Source: Felis catus (lineage: Eukaryota). Taken from it: a DNA stretch of 64,000 bases. The notes under the pieces were generated by a model. That model was given only the letters and a program-made list of their open reading frames with translations, searched no databases and was not told the origin of the DNA. Within the stretch, counting starts at the first letter, position 1, and every line of letters begins with the position of its first letter. Location: positions 56,112,001 to 56,176,000 of the forward strand of contig NC_058368.1 of assembly GCF_018350175.1 (NCBI RefSeq), in the 5' to 3' direction. A program made the position numbers and the translations under genes. Below, piece after piece: positions 51,340 through 63,835 of this stretch.

Positions 51340-52510
51340 AAATAAAATAAACCCTGTGCTGTTAAATTCAAATTAGATATATCATTGTAAGCTCAGAGAT
51401 TTCAACATACCCAAATAAATGTGGCAATAAATGCAAATATGTGTATATGCCTGCGTATGTGTTTGTGTTCCTAGCTCTGTCTATGCAGTGTTCCTATGGG
51501 CAGTGACACACCAATAGCAAGGAGCACACCTAGCAGCAAAATCTGCTTTACTATACTCTAGTCTCCATTAAAACAATCCATGATTCTTTGGAGAAATAAT
51601 CCATTCTAGGGGAGGGACAAAGAAAGTATAAAAAGTGACTGGGTTATTTTGTAGGCCAGAAAACAAAGAAGATTTAAACAGTGATGAGTACATGCCAAAG
51701 AATACAGAAGTCAGCCACAGAGATGCTCACTGTGCAAATTTGAGTGTCAAGATGATGCCATTAATAGATTATGCCCCATTAAATACAGTAAGAATTCATG
51801 AGTCTATACTAATACAAATTAGTGAAGAGTTTGATGAAGTCTCAGAATATCTTCATTGCAAGTACTTATATACAAAAAGAAAGAGAGAAAAGAGTAACTT
51901 TAGATTTCATAATACTAGCATGTGACATCTTAATCAAGTGCTCAAAATCAAAATCAATAAACCGGTAATGAGACAAATTGAAATGGTGTGCCCTTATAGG
52001 CTCGGATGGGAAGGACACAGCATCACTCTTTTGTTATACCTGCCAAAGATGCTTAATCTGAATCTAATTATGATGAAATATCTGAGAATCTCAAATTGAA
52101 GGGCATTATATAAAACAACTGGCTTTTAATATCCCATGTGTCAAGGTCATGAAAGTCAAGGAAAAACTGGGAACTATTCCAGATTGAATGAAACTATAAT
52201 GACATAACACATTAATGCATATGTGTAATTCTGGACTGTCTCCCTTTCTTGTAATTGATATTACTAAAGTAATTGAAGAAATTTGAATAGTCTCAGGAAT
52301 AGTTGGTGGTAATATATTAATACGAATCCCTGATATTTATGTTTATGTTGTAACTTTCTAGAACATAATTATTAATAAGAAATATACACAAAAAATGTTT
52401 TTGTGAGTGATGGAGCATTGTATCAGCAACTTACACTTAGGTGATTCAGAAAAGAAAGTTAATGTACTTGCCAGTTTTATTAACTCTGAGTTTGTTTCAT
52501 ATTTTTTTCT
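51340..52510 (+). mobile_element. Old L1MC/L1MD-type 3' region
   Basis: CCTGCCAAAGATGCTTAATCTGAATCTAATTATGA and GTCAAGGTCATGAAAGTCAAGGAAA motifs. Confidence 0.6.
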
Positions 52511-53214
52511 AAATATAAAAATGTAATTGAGTTACACACATACAATTGCCTACAATGCTTTAGAAATATTGTACATAATTGCATTTATTTTGCTACTGCA
52601 AGATAGAAATTGTGCCTCTAGATTCAATTTACAAGATGGGTAGAAAAACACATTTTTCCCAAAACCATATGTTTCATTTAATTAATATTTTTATTATAAT
52701 TAGTGTTTTATTATATAGTGAATAATTCATAGAGGTGCATTCCAACTTGATACATTTTTCCATCTTCCAGTGTTCACAAAAATTAAAGGACCTTGTAGTG
52801 TTTTCAAAGACTGTACAAAATACGTTGATTCAGAATTTAGTCACAACCATAAAATGCCATTAAAGCATGTAATGGCTAGTTAAAATCAAATAAATAGAAC
52901 CATTTTGTAAGTTAGTGCCTTCGAAAATTAGACCTTTAACATTTATGTTTTCTTGTAGAGGAAATAAGAAGTTTGATATAAAGTAAATAATAAATAAATA
53001 ATAACGTTTGATATAACTTTAAGACCAAAAAAAAAAAAACCCCTGAAAGTTGGTAACTTATTTTCCATGACCAGAAGGACATCATTCATTAAAGTAATCT
53101 ATCAATAATTGGTACAGATCATTAGCAATATTAATTCCAACATCGTTCTTTCTCCTGCATGGAAATTAATTTTAGAAAATTATATTCCTAATTCCCCATA
53201 CTCAGAAGTTGAAT

Positions 53215-53460
53215 TAATAACAATAATAGTTTTACTTAGTGATGCTATTTCATGATATATATTGCATTCTCATTTATTTATTCAAAGAATCACAACCACC
53301 CTACATGATGGATTATTATCCTCATTTTATACACAAAGATACTAATTTTCAGAATGTAAGGAAAGGTTGTCCTAGGTTATGTAGGGAGGGGGGGTGTCTT
53401 GCATTTGTAAGCCAACTGGACTAGCCTCCAAACCCTTGAATTATTACAACCTATTGCATT
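53215..53460 (-). mobile_element. MIR
   Basis: ATTATTATCCTCATTTTATACACAAAGATACT core. Confidence 0.5.
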
Positions 53461-53538
53461 GTTTCATTACTTTCACCTAGTGTAGTATATTTTCCTATGC
53501 AACATTGTCAAAGGATATTTTTGTGTTGATGTACCTTT

Positions 53539-53778
53539 TTTATCATTCATGTTATTTATTTACTTATTTTTATTTACTTATTTTATTTACTTGTTTTTAA
53601 TTTTTTTTATTCTTAAGTTGTTTAACATATAGTATAGTCATGGCTTCAGGAATAAAACCCAATGATTCATCTCTTACATATGACTCCCAGTGCTTATCCC
53701 AAATGTATGTCACTCATTTAACCCACCCCCCTCATAAGAAACTCTTAAATAACAGAGAACAAACTGAAGTCAGTGGGG
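53539..53778 (-). mobile_element. Miniature L1 3' end with 5' inversion
   Basis: Antisense tail and 3' UTR, then sense CTCATAAGAAACTCTTAAATAACAGAGAACAAACTGA; TSD GTGTT(G/T)ATGTACCTTT (53523-53538 and 53779-53794). Confidence 0.82.
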
Positions 53779-54337
53779 GTGTTTATGTACCTTTAACAGC
53801 AGTTTCTAGTAGTCACTTCACAGATTATCCATGAACCTCTTCCTCACTTTTGAACTACTATTGAATTATGGGGTTGGTTGGAAATCTTCGGAGAATCAAC
53901 CTTCACTAATCAGGTACCTCTATATCTTGTGTCACATGATATTAAAAATACAGTTAAAAAGATCTTTGGGTTATTGGGAAAGAAAGTCACAGCCTTTTAT
54001 TTTATAAACATTTAATATGATTATATATATATATAAATGGAGGGTATAAATAGGTTATTAGAAATTAGAAATAGTGTCTTTGTCTCTTTGATGGTTAGAT
54101 TTAATTACAGATTCAGTTTTAGTGGATTTAAATGTTTGACAAAGGTCAAGTTAGTTGTCATGACCAATGCCTCCTGGTATTCTTACTTGTTATTACCTGA
54201 TGCCATATGCCATTAGACTGCAGCAAAAGACCTCAGCACAATCTTATATTTTCCTTTGCTTATTGCTTATTGCACTATGTTTAGCAGGACATAGATTTGT
54301 GATATTTTCATTATTTCTTAAACAGTCCAGTATTTTA

Positions 54338-54381
54338 GTTTAGTTTAATTTAGTTTAGTTTAGTATTTAAGGTTTATTTAT

Positions 54382-54424
<43 letters not shown>

Positions 54425-54610
54425 GAGTGCACGTGCACGCATGAGTTGAGGGGTGGGTGGGGAGAGTGAGAGGAAGAGAGAGAGAATCCCAGGCAGGCAA
54501 CATGCTCAGGGCAGAGCCTTGTCTGGCGCTCAATCCCACAAACCTTGAGACATGACCTGAGCCAGAATCAAGAGTTTGACACTCAACTGACTGAGCCACC
54601 CAGGCACCCC
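54338..54610 (-). mobile_element. CAN-SINE (older)
   Basis: Flanking repeat TTAAACA..CCAGTATTTTA. Confidence 0.92.
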
Positions 54611-55424
54611 TTAAACAACCCAGTATTTTAATAACAAACGTGATACCCGGGGACAGTTTGTCTTAGAGCATCCAGTCCTTCAGAGAATTTACTTCATGAT
54701 ACCCAGATTTAGACATTGTATTGTATTTGTCATGTAACAAATGTCTTTCTAAATTTAGGAAGTCTACATAGTAGTCTTATGTCTCCAACTGAGCTAAGTG
54801 AAAGTATGTGTATTCTTAAAATGCGTATCCTTAAAATTTCTTTATAATTACAATTCTGTATATAGGTTTTTTCCTTGCTTACATGGGATAAAGTTTGAAA
54901 ATGTCAGGTTTATTAAATAGTATAAAATCTGTTAATAGGTACAATTCACTAACCAAAATAACTACTCATTTTAATTAGTTAATCAAAAATATAAACTAAA
55001 TGCCTAGCAAGTATTGTATACTTGTTCTATATATTTCCACAGAAATATGTGCTTCATTCTTTTTTTTTAAATTTTTTTTCTAATTTACATCCAAATTAGT
55101 TAGCATATACTGCAACAATGATTTCAGGACTAGATTCCTAAGTGCCCCTTACCCATTTAGCCCATCCCCTTTCCTGCAACCTCCCCAGTAATCCTCAGTT
55201 TGTTCTCCATATTTATGAGTCTCTTCTGTTTTGTCCCCTTTCCTGTTTTTATATGATTTTTGTTTCCCTTCCCTTATGTTCATCGGTTTTGTCTCTTAAA
55301 GTTGTCATATGAGTGAAGTCATATGATTTTTGTTTTTCTCTGACTGATTTCACTTAGCATAATACCCTCCAGTTCCATCCATGTAGTTGCCAATGGCAAG
55401 ATTTCATTCTTTTTGATTGCCCAG

Positions 55425-55425
<1 letters not shown>

Positions 55426-55475
<50 letters not shown>

Positions 55476-55488
55476 CATACATATATAT

Positions 55489-55523
<35 letters not shown>
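55426..55523. repeat. (TA)n/(CA)n compound microsatellite inside L1
   Basis: Direct reading. Confidence 0.95.
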
Positions 55524-55526
<3 letters not shown>

Positions 55527-58500
55527 CATCTCTTTATCCATTCATCCATCGATGGACATGGGCTCTTTCCATACTTTGGCTGTTGTTGATAGTGCTCCTG
55601 TAAACATTGGGGTGCATGTGTCCCTTGAAACAGCATACCTGTATCCCTTGGATAAATACCTGTTAGTGCAATTATTGGGTCATAGGGTAGTTCTATTTTC
55701 AGTTTTTTGAGGAACCTCCATACTGTTTTCCAGAGTGGCTGCACCACCTTGCCCTCCCACCAACAGTGCACAAGAGATCCTCTTTCTCTGCATCCTCACC
55801 AACATCTGTTGGTGCCTAAGTTGTTAATGTTAGCCATTCTGACAGATGTAAGGTGGTATCTCATTGTGGTTTTGATTTGTATTTCCCTGATGATGAGTGA
55901 AGTTGAGCATTGTTTCATGCGTCTGTTGGCCATCTGGATGTCTTCTTTGGAGAAGTGTCTATTCATGTCTTTTGCCCATTTCTTCACTGGGTTATTTGTT
56001 TTTTGGGTGTTGAGTTTGATAAGTTCTTTATAGATTTTAGATACTAACCTTTACTGATATGTCGTTTGCAAATATCTTCTCCCATTCTGTCAGTTGCCTT
56101 TTAGTTTTGCTGATTGTTTCCTTCACTGTGCAGAAGCTTTTTATTTTGATGAGGTCCCATTAGTTCATTTTTTCTTTTGTTTGCCTTGCCTCTGGAGATG
56201 TGTTGAGTAAGAAGTTGCTGCGGGCAAGATCAAAGAGGTTTTGCCTGCTTTCTCCTCAAGAATTTTGATGGCTTCCTGTCTTACATTGAGGTCTTTCCTC
56301 CATTTTGAGTTTATTTTTGTGTATGGTGTAAGAAAGTGGTCCACATTCATTCTTCTGCATGTCGCTGTCCAGTTTTCCCAGCACCACTTGCTGAAGAGAC
56401 TGTCTTTGTTCCATTGGATATTCTTTCCTGCTTTGTCAAAGATCAGTTGGCCATACGTTTGTGGATCCATATCTGGGTTCTCTATTCTGTTCCATTGATC
56501 TGAGTGTCTTTTCTTGTTCCAGTACCATAATGTCTTGATGATTACAGCTTTGTAGTATATCTTGAGGTCTGGGATTGTGATGCCTCCTGTTTTGGTTTTC
56601 CTTTTCAAGATTGCTTTGGCTATTCGGGGTCTTTTCTGGTTCCATACAAATTTTAGGATTATTTCTTCTAGCTCTGTGAAGAATGCTGGTGTTATTTTGT
56701 TAGGGATTGCATTGAATATGTAGATTGCTTTGGGTAGTATCGACATTTTAACAATATTTGTTCTTCCTATCCAGGAGCATGGAATCTTTTTCCATTTTTT
56801 TTGTGTCTTCTTCAATCTTTCATAAGCTTTCTATAGTTTTCAATGTATAGATTTTTCACCTCTTTGGTTAGACTTATTCCTAGGTATTTTATGGGTTTTG
56901 GTGCAACTGTAAATGGGATCAATTCCTTAATTTTCTTTCTGTCGCTTCATTGTTGGTGTATAGGAATGCAACCCATTTCTGTGCATTGATTTTATAACCT
57001 GCAACTTTGCTGAATTCATGAATCAGTTCTACCAGTTTTTTTGGTGGAATCTTTTGGGTTTTCCATATAGAGTATCATGTCTTCTGCAAAAAGTGAAAGT
57101 TTGACCTCTTCCTGGCTGATTTGGATACCTTTTATTACTTTGTGTTGTCTGATTGCAGAGGCTAAGACTTCCAATACTATGTTGAATAACAGTGGTGAGA
57201 GTGGACATCCATGTCTCGTTCTTGACCTTAGGGGGAAAGCTCTCAGTTTTTCCCCATTGAGGATAATATTAGCATTGGGTCGTTTATATATGGCTTTTAT
57301 GATCTTGAGGTATGATCCTTCTACCCCTACTTTCTTGAGGGTTTTTATCAAGAAAGGATGCTGTATTTTGTCAAATGTTTTCGCTGCATCTATTGAGAGG
57401 ATCATATGGTTCTTGTCCTATCTTTTATTGATGTGATGTATCACACTGATTGTTTTGTGGATATTGAACCAGCCCTGCATCCCAGGTATAAGTCCCAGTT
57501 GGTCGTGGTGAATAATTTTTTTAATGTTTTGTTGGAGCCGGTTGGCTAATATCTTGTTGAGGATTTCTGCATCCATGTCCATCAGGGAAATTGGTCTATA
57601 GTTCTTCTTTTTAGTGGGGTCTCTGTCTTGTTTTGGATCAAGGTAATGCTGGCTTCATAGAAAGAATTTGGAAGTTTTTGTTCCATTTGTATTTTTTGGA
57701 ACACTTTCAAGAGAATAGGTGTTAACTCTTCTTTAAATGTTTGGTAGAATTCTCCTGGAAAGCCATCTGACCCTGACCTCTTGTTTCTTTGGCAGATTTT
57801 TGATTACTAATTTGATTTCCTTACTGGTTATGGGTCTGTTCAGATTTTGTATTTCTTCCTGTTTCAGTTTTGGTAGTGTGTATGTTTCTAGGAATTTGTC
57901 CATTTCTTCCAGATTTCCCATTTCATTGGTATATAATTGCTCATAATATACTCTTATTATTGTTTTTATTTCTGCTAGGTTGGTTGTGATGTCTCCTCTT
58001 TCATTCTTGATTTTATTTATTTGGGTCCTTTCCTTTTTCTTTTGATCAAACTGGCTAGTGGTTTATCAATTTTGTTAATTCTTTCAAAGAACCAGCTTCT
58101 GGTTTCATTGATCTGTTCTACTGTTTCTTTGGTTTTGATAGCATTAATTTCTGCTCTAATCTTTATTATTTCCTGTCTTCTGCTGGTTTTGGGTTTTATT
58201 TGCTGTTCTTTTTCCAGCTCCTTAAGGTGTTAGGGTAGGTTGTGTATCTGAAATCTTTATCTTTCTTTAGGAAGGCCTGGATTACTATATACTTCCCTCT
58301 TATGACCGTCTCTGCTGCATCCCAGAGATTTGGGTTGTGGTGTAATCATTTTCATTGGCTTCCATATACTTTTTAATTTCCTCTTTAACTTCTTGGTTAG
58401 CCCATTCATTCTTTTGTAGTATGTTCTTCAGTCTCCCAAGTATTTGTTACCTTTCCAAATTTTTTCTTGTGGTTGATTTCGAATTTCATAGCGTTGTGGT

Positions 58501-60680
58501 CTGAAAATATGCATGGTATGATCTCGATCTTTTTGTACTTGCTGAGGGATGATTTGTGTCCTAGTATGTGGTCTATTCTGGAGAACATACCATGTGCACT
58601 GGAGAAGAATGTATATTCTGATGCTTTAGGATGAAATGTTCTGAATATATCCGTTAAGTCCATCCGGTCCAGTGTGTCATTCAAAGCCATTGATTCCTTG
58701 TTGATTTTTGATTAGATGATCTGTCCATTGCTGTGAGTGGGATTTTGAAGTCTCCTACTGTTATGATATTACTATCAACGAGTTTCTTTATGTTTGTGAT
58801 TAATTGATTTATATATTTGGGTGCTGTCACATTTGGCGCATAAATGTTTACAATTGGTAGGTCTTCTTGGTGGATAGACCCCTTGGTTATGATATAATGC
58901 CCTTCTGCATCTCTTGATACACTCTTTATTTTAAAGTCTAGATTGTCTGATATAAGTATGGCTACTCCAGCTTTCTTTTGTTGACCTTTAGCATGATAGA
59001 TGGTTCTCCATCCCCTTATTTTCAATCTGAAGGTATCTTCAGGTCTAAAGTGGGTCTCTTGTAAACAGCATATAGATGGATCTTATTTTCTTATCCATTC
59101 TGTTACCCTGTGTCTTTTGATTGGAGCATTGAGTCCATTGACATTTAGAGTGAGTACTGAAAGATATGAATTGCCATTATGATGCTTGTAGAGTTGGAGT
59201 TTCTGGTGGTGTTCTCTGGTCCTTTCTAATCTTTGTTGCTTTTGATATTTACTTATTTATATATTTTCATCTTTTCTCCCTCAGAGAGTCCCCCTTAAAA
59301 TTTCTTGCAGGGCTGGTTTAGTGGTCACAAACTCCTTTAATTTTTGTTTGTCTGGGAAACTTTTTATCTCTCCTTCTATTTTGAATGACAGCCTTCCTGG
59401 ATAAAGAATTGTTGGCTGCATAATTTTCTGATTCAGCACACTGAATATATCCTGCCACTCCTTTCTGGCCTGCCAAGTTTCTGTGGATAGGTCTGCTGCA
59501 AACCTGATCTGTCTTCCCTTGTAGGTTAGGGACTTTTTTTTCCCCTTGCTGCTTTCATGATTCTTTCCTTGCCTGAGTATTTTGTGAATTTCACTATGAT
59601 ATGCATTATTGATGGTCAGTTTTTGTTTAATACAATGGGGTCCTCTGTGCTTCCTGGATTTTGGTGTCTGTGTCTTTCCCCAGGTTAGGAAAGGTTTCTG
59701 CTATGATTTTTTCACATAACCCTTCTACCCCTATTTCTCCGCCTTCCTCTTCTGGGACCCCTATGATTCTGGTGCTGTTCCTTTTTAATGAGTCACTGAT
59801 TTCTCTAATTCTTAAATTCTCTTCTTTTGTCTTAGTCTCCCTCTTTTTCTCTGCTTCATTATTCTCCATAAGTTGTCCTCTATATCGCTGATTCTCTGTT
59901 CTCCCTCATCCATCCTTGCCACCACAGCATCCATCAGTGATTGCAGCTCACTTATAGCATTTTTTATTTCATCCTGACTAGTTTTTACTTCTTTTATCTC
60001 TGTAGAAAGTGATTCTAGTCTATTTTCAACTCCAGCTAATATTCTTATTATTGTGATTTAAATTCTGGTTCATACATCTTGCTTGTATCTATCTTGGTTG
60101 AATCCCTGTCATTTCTTCGTGCTCTTTCTTTTGGGGTGAATTCCTTTGTCTCATTATTTTCAAGGGAGAGAGGGAATTAATGAGGTAGAAAAATTAAAAT
60201 ACAAAAGTTAAAATTAGAAAAATACTAAGATTAAAAAATTAAAAACACACACACAAAAAAATCGAATAAATGATGCTAGATCCTAGGTGTGTTGTGGTCT
60301 GGGTGTGGAAAATGGTTTGATAGATTAGAGAAAAAAGGGGGGAAACAAAAGGAAATCGTTTGAGAATTTGAAAATATGAATACACTGAAGTAGACTAAAA
60401 TGAAATGATGGAAATAAAATAGAATTTGAAAAAAATTACACAAAATAAAGAATATAGTAGAAAAAATTAAAGGAATATATTTTTAATAAAAATGAAAATA
60501 AAAATGAATTTTTCTCTTTCTGTATTCAAGAAAAATGAAAGAAATGAAAAAGAGAAAAAAGGAAAAAATAAGGAAATAGTTTGAAAATTTGAAACTGTAC
60601 AGTGTACAGTATACACTGTTATAGACTAAACTAAAATGATGGAAGTAAAATAGAATTTCAAAAAATTTACATAAAAGTAC

Positions 60681-60890
60681 GGGGCGCCTGGGTGGCTCAG
60701 TCGGTTAAGCATCTGACTTCGGCTCAGGTCATGATCTCGCGGTTCATGAGTTCAAGCCCTGCATCAGGCTCTGTGCTGACCGCTCAGAGCCTGGAGCCTG
60801 TTTCAGATTCTGTGTCTCCCTCTCCCCCTGCCCCTCCCCTGTTCATGCTCTGTCTCTCTCTGTCTCAAAAATAAATAAACGTTAAAAAAA
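60681..60890 (+). mobile_element. CAN-SINE inserted in the L1 5' UTR
   Basis: TSD TTACATAAAAGTA. Confidence 0.95.
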
Positions 60891-61188
60891 TTACATAAAA
60901 GTAAAAAATTTGAAGAAAAATATTTTTAATAAAATTTGAAAATAAAAATGAATATTTTCTCTTTCTGTATTCAAGAAGAAGAAAAATGTGAAAAAGAGAA
61001 AAAAAGGAAGAATATTGAATAGATGGACCTGCTAACAGATTGAAATAGGACTGAAATTACTTCGTTTTCCTCTAGAAGTCAGACTATGAAGTGCTTTATA
61101 GTCCATAACTAAGTAGGCGGTGAGACTTTTGTTCTTGAAGAGCAAAGTTGGCCCAGTTGAGCAGGGCTTACTGTAATGGCTCCATTCT

Positions 61189-61202
61189 CCACTAGATGGC
61201 AC
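61189..61202 (+). promoter_or_regulatory. CTCF consensus motif in the L1 5' UTR
   Basis: CCACTAGATGGCAC matches CCASYAGRKGGCRS; binding not shown. Confidence 0.45.
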
Positions 61203-62267
61203 TGCTAGTCTACTGGGGTATAGTGTTGTGGCGCTCCTAGGTGCATATATGCATGCGCTGGAGTGGTGAAAATGGTGTCACCTAGCTACCCAGTCTCTGG
61301 TATCGGAACTCTGTTCTACCCAATCGGTAACTGTGCACCCATCCTGTCTTCAGTTTTTGTCCAGTCTCCACTCTTTCACTTTCCGTGACCAAGCCCTAGA
61401 CTGTACCTCTTTCCAAGTTTTGTCTCAGATGCACCTGTTTTCCCCGGCCCATTACATCTGAAGAACTGTGGCTTTGACCCCTTCTGCCCCTCTGCAGGAA
61501 GGTCTCACGGAGCAATGGCCAAATGTTGGCTGCACCCAGGAACACTTGCTGGACCCTGCTGCTGCCGGTGCCCTGAGACTGCGTCCAGGTGCCAGCCCAC
61601 CCCAGAAAAAGTTCGCGAGATAGTGTAGAGCCAGCGTTTCAGAGATTATTATAAATCACAACACACATCTGGCACTAGGCTTCACCATTAACGACCTTAT
61701 TCCAGCACCAACGAATGTGGCTGTTCTCTGGGGTCTGCTGGGACCAGGTGGCCTCAACAGTCTCTACCAAATGTCCTTCCAGCAGTGGAACCGCTTTTCC
61801 CTGTGTGGCCCAAGAACCCCCCTGACCCCACTCTGCTCCTGTGGTTCACCCTTCACACCAGAGCACTGCCAGGTATCGAGCTTGGGAGTTGCAGACTCTG
61901 CACTCTCCTTGTTTACAGTCTTAATGGAATAAACCCTCTCCTTTCTCCTTTCTCCTTTCTCCCTTTTTAGTTTAGTCCCTGTGGTTGTTTCCAATTTTCC
62001 ACTTTCTCTCCAGCTGCTTTTGGGGAGGGGTGATTTTCCCGTATACTCCCCCCCCCCCGCCCGTCCCTATCCTCTCTCTGCCAGAAAAAGCACCTCCCTT
62101 CCCGCGGCTTCTCTCTCCTCCGGTTCTCTGCACCATATACCTGCTGAATTCTGTGCAGATTGTTGTGTTAATCCTCAGATAAGTTTTCTAGGTGTGCAGG
62201 ATGGTTTAGTGTTGGTCTGGCTGTATTTCATGGATGCGAGACACACAAAAAACTTCCATGCTGTTCT

Positions 62268-62277
62268 GCCATCTTGG
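62268..62277 (-). promoter_or_regulatory. YY1-like motif at the L1 5' end
   Basis: CCAAGATGGC within ~20 nt of the element start. Confidence 0.5.
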
Positions 62278-62444
62278 CTCCTCTGCTGCTTCATTGTATA
62301 AAGAAGCTAATGTCACAGTAGAGGAGAGACACATAATTTAATTTATTGGGAATTTTGTGAATAATTTTAAAAATGCACATTACCTACAAATGTATTAGCA
62401 TCCTCTTCAAATAATTTCGCTTTTGCAAGGGAAACAAAATGTAC

Positions 62445-63217
62445 TTTTTGTTCATTTAACTTTTTATGTTTAAATCCCCAAACTAATTTTGTCACTTTTG
62501 CTCGATCCAAATCTGTGACATAACAAATTAAAAAAAATACAAAAAGGTATCACTCTAAAATGTATCCTCTGATAGGGCAAATTTTCCAAGTCCATTATAA
62601 TGTGTTTTGAGCTGTAGGCATTCATTACAGTATTACAACAGCCTGAAGGAATTTTAGTTTGTGCTCCATTCGGTAGTGTGATCAATATACATCTCCATTT
62701 TTCATCTCAGCATTTAGGGTGAAATAAAACCACAGCTACATAACATGTTTGTCATTTCTGGGTTTAGCTCAAATCCTTGAGGTTGTTTTTATAGTTTGAT
62801 ACTCTTGTGCAAAAATAGTTTTCCATTCAGCATTTTTACAAAGTCAAAATATCTCTCATCCAGTGTTCTCAGGATGAAATGGTTGAATGTTTTAATAGGA
62901 AAGATAACGTAATTAAAAGAAAAAGTGACATGTAGTTTTTCACTTATAACAAAAATGAGAAACATAAATTGGTTCTCAAAAATTATCCATAAACTGGATA
63001 TACCAGTTTTGTTTTAAAATTGACACTGTGTAAAATATTAACCATTACCCAGAAGTGAATATTCAAATACACCAGGAAGTTTTCCTTCTTGAAAACTTGC
63101 AGGCATTGTATAATAAATATGCAGGAATTGACAAAAGATTGTAATTTATTTTAATAAAATGTTGCATAGAATTGTGTTTTCCATTTTACTGAGTGAATAT
63201 AAATGTGAACAGTGGAC
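62445..63217 (-). pseudogene. Two exon-like segments (63217-63049 and 62512-62445)
   Basis: CCTTTTTATGGCAG|...MPASFQEGKLPGVFEYSLL|GTAATG (one stop), then TTTGTTATGTCACAG|(D)LDRAKVTKLVWGFKHKKLNEQK|GTACAT; phases compatible. Confidence 0.33.
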
Positions 63218-63356
63218 CTGCCATAAAAAGGATGTGGCATAAAAAAATTATAGAAGACTGGTTCAGTGCAACAGCAGGCATCTGGGACATAAATAATTCT
63301 ATGGATAATATTTAGATAGCAAATTTAAATGTTACTAATTATTAATTAAAAATACA

Positions 63357-63567
63357 GGGGCACCTGGGTGGCTCAGTCAGTTAAGCATCTGTCTTCACCT
63401 CAGGTCATGATCTCTCGGTTCATCAGTTAGAGCCCCGTGTTGGGCTCTGTGCTGACAGCTCAGAGGCTGGAGCTTGCCTCAGATTCCATGTCTCCCTTTC
63501 TCTCTGTCTAACCCCCACTTGCACTCTGTCTCATTCAAAAATAAGTAAAAATGTAAAAATTAAAAAC
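63357..63567 (+). mobile_element. CAN-SINE
   Basis: SINE head, CT tract and A tail. Confidence 0.93.
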
Positions 63568-63835
63568 AAAATACATATACACAGTGTGCATGTAGGAGAT
63601 AGGGGATTGCATTGTTGAGTCAGACAACTCATTTATAATTTATGACCTTGAGAAAATTAAAACATAGAACTTGAAAAGAAACATATATGTAATTTTTACA
63701 TATATATATGTTAGTCAAATAAGATCAATAAAACCAAAAGGAAATGAAATATTGCTATGAAACTATATAAACAAGAAACTTCAAAAATTTGGAATTATTT
63801 CTGATGAATCCAAAATAAACAGTCTGTGCATTAGA

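Larger units (their letters stand above)
55059..62286 (-). mobile_element. Full-length felid LINE-1 (5' UTR, ORF1, ORF2, 3' UTR), frameshifted
   Basis: 5' end GGAGCCAAGATGGC; ORF1 peptide LREISDSLKRNSTRIIGVPEEE; endonuclease and RT peptides ([40 protein letters not shown]); TSD TGCTTCATT (55050-55058 and 62287-62295). Confidence 0.96.

Noticed and set aside
53546..53560. TTCATGTTATTTATT shared with the transduced tag near 25896-25910
   Set aside because: Low-complexity AT-rich 15-mer whose flanks do not align; probably chance.
55319..59891. L1 ORF1/ORF2 pieces as active genes
   Set aside because: Broken into many frames, and the RT motif reads FAED instead of FADD.
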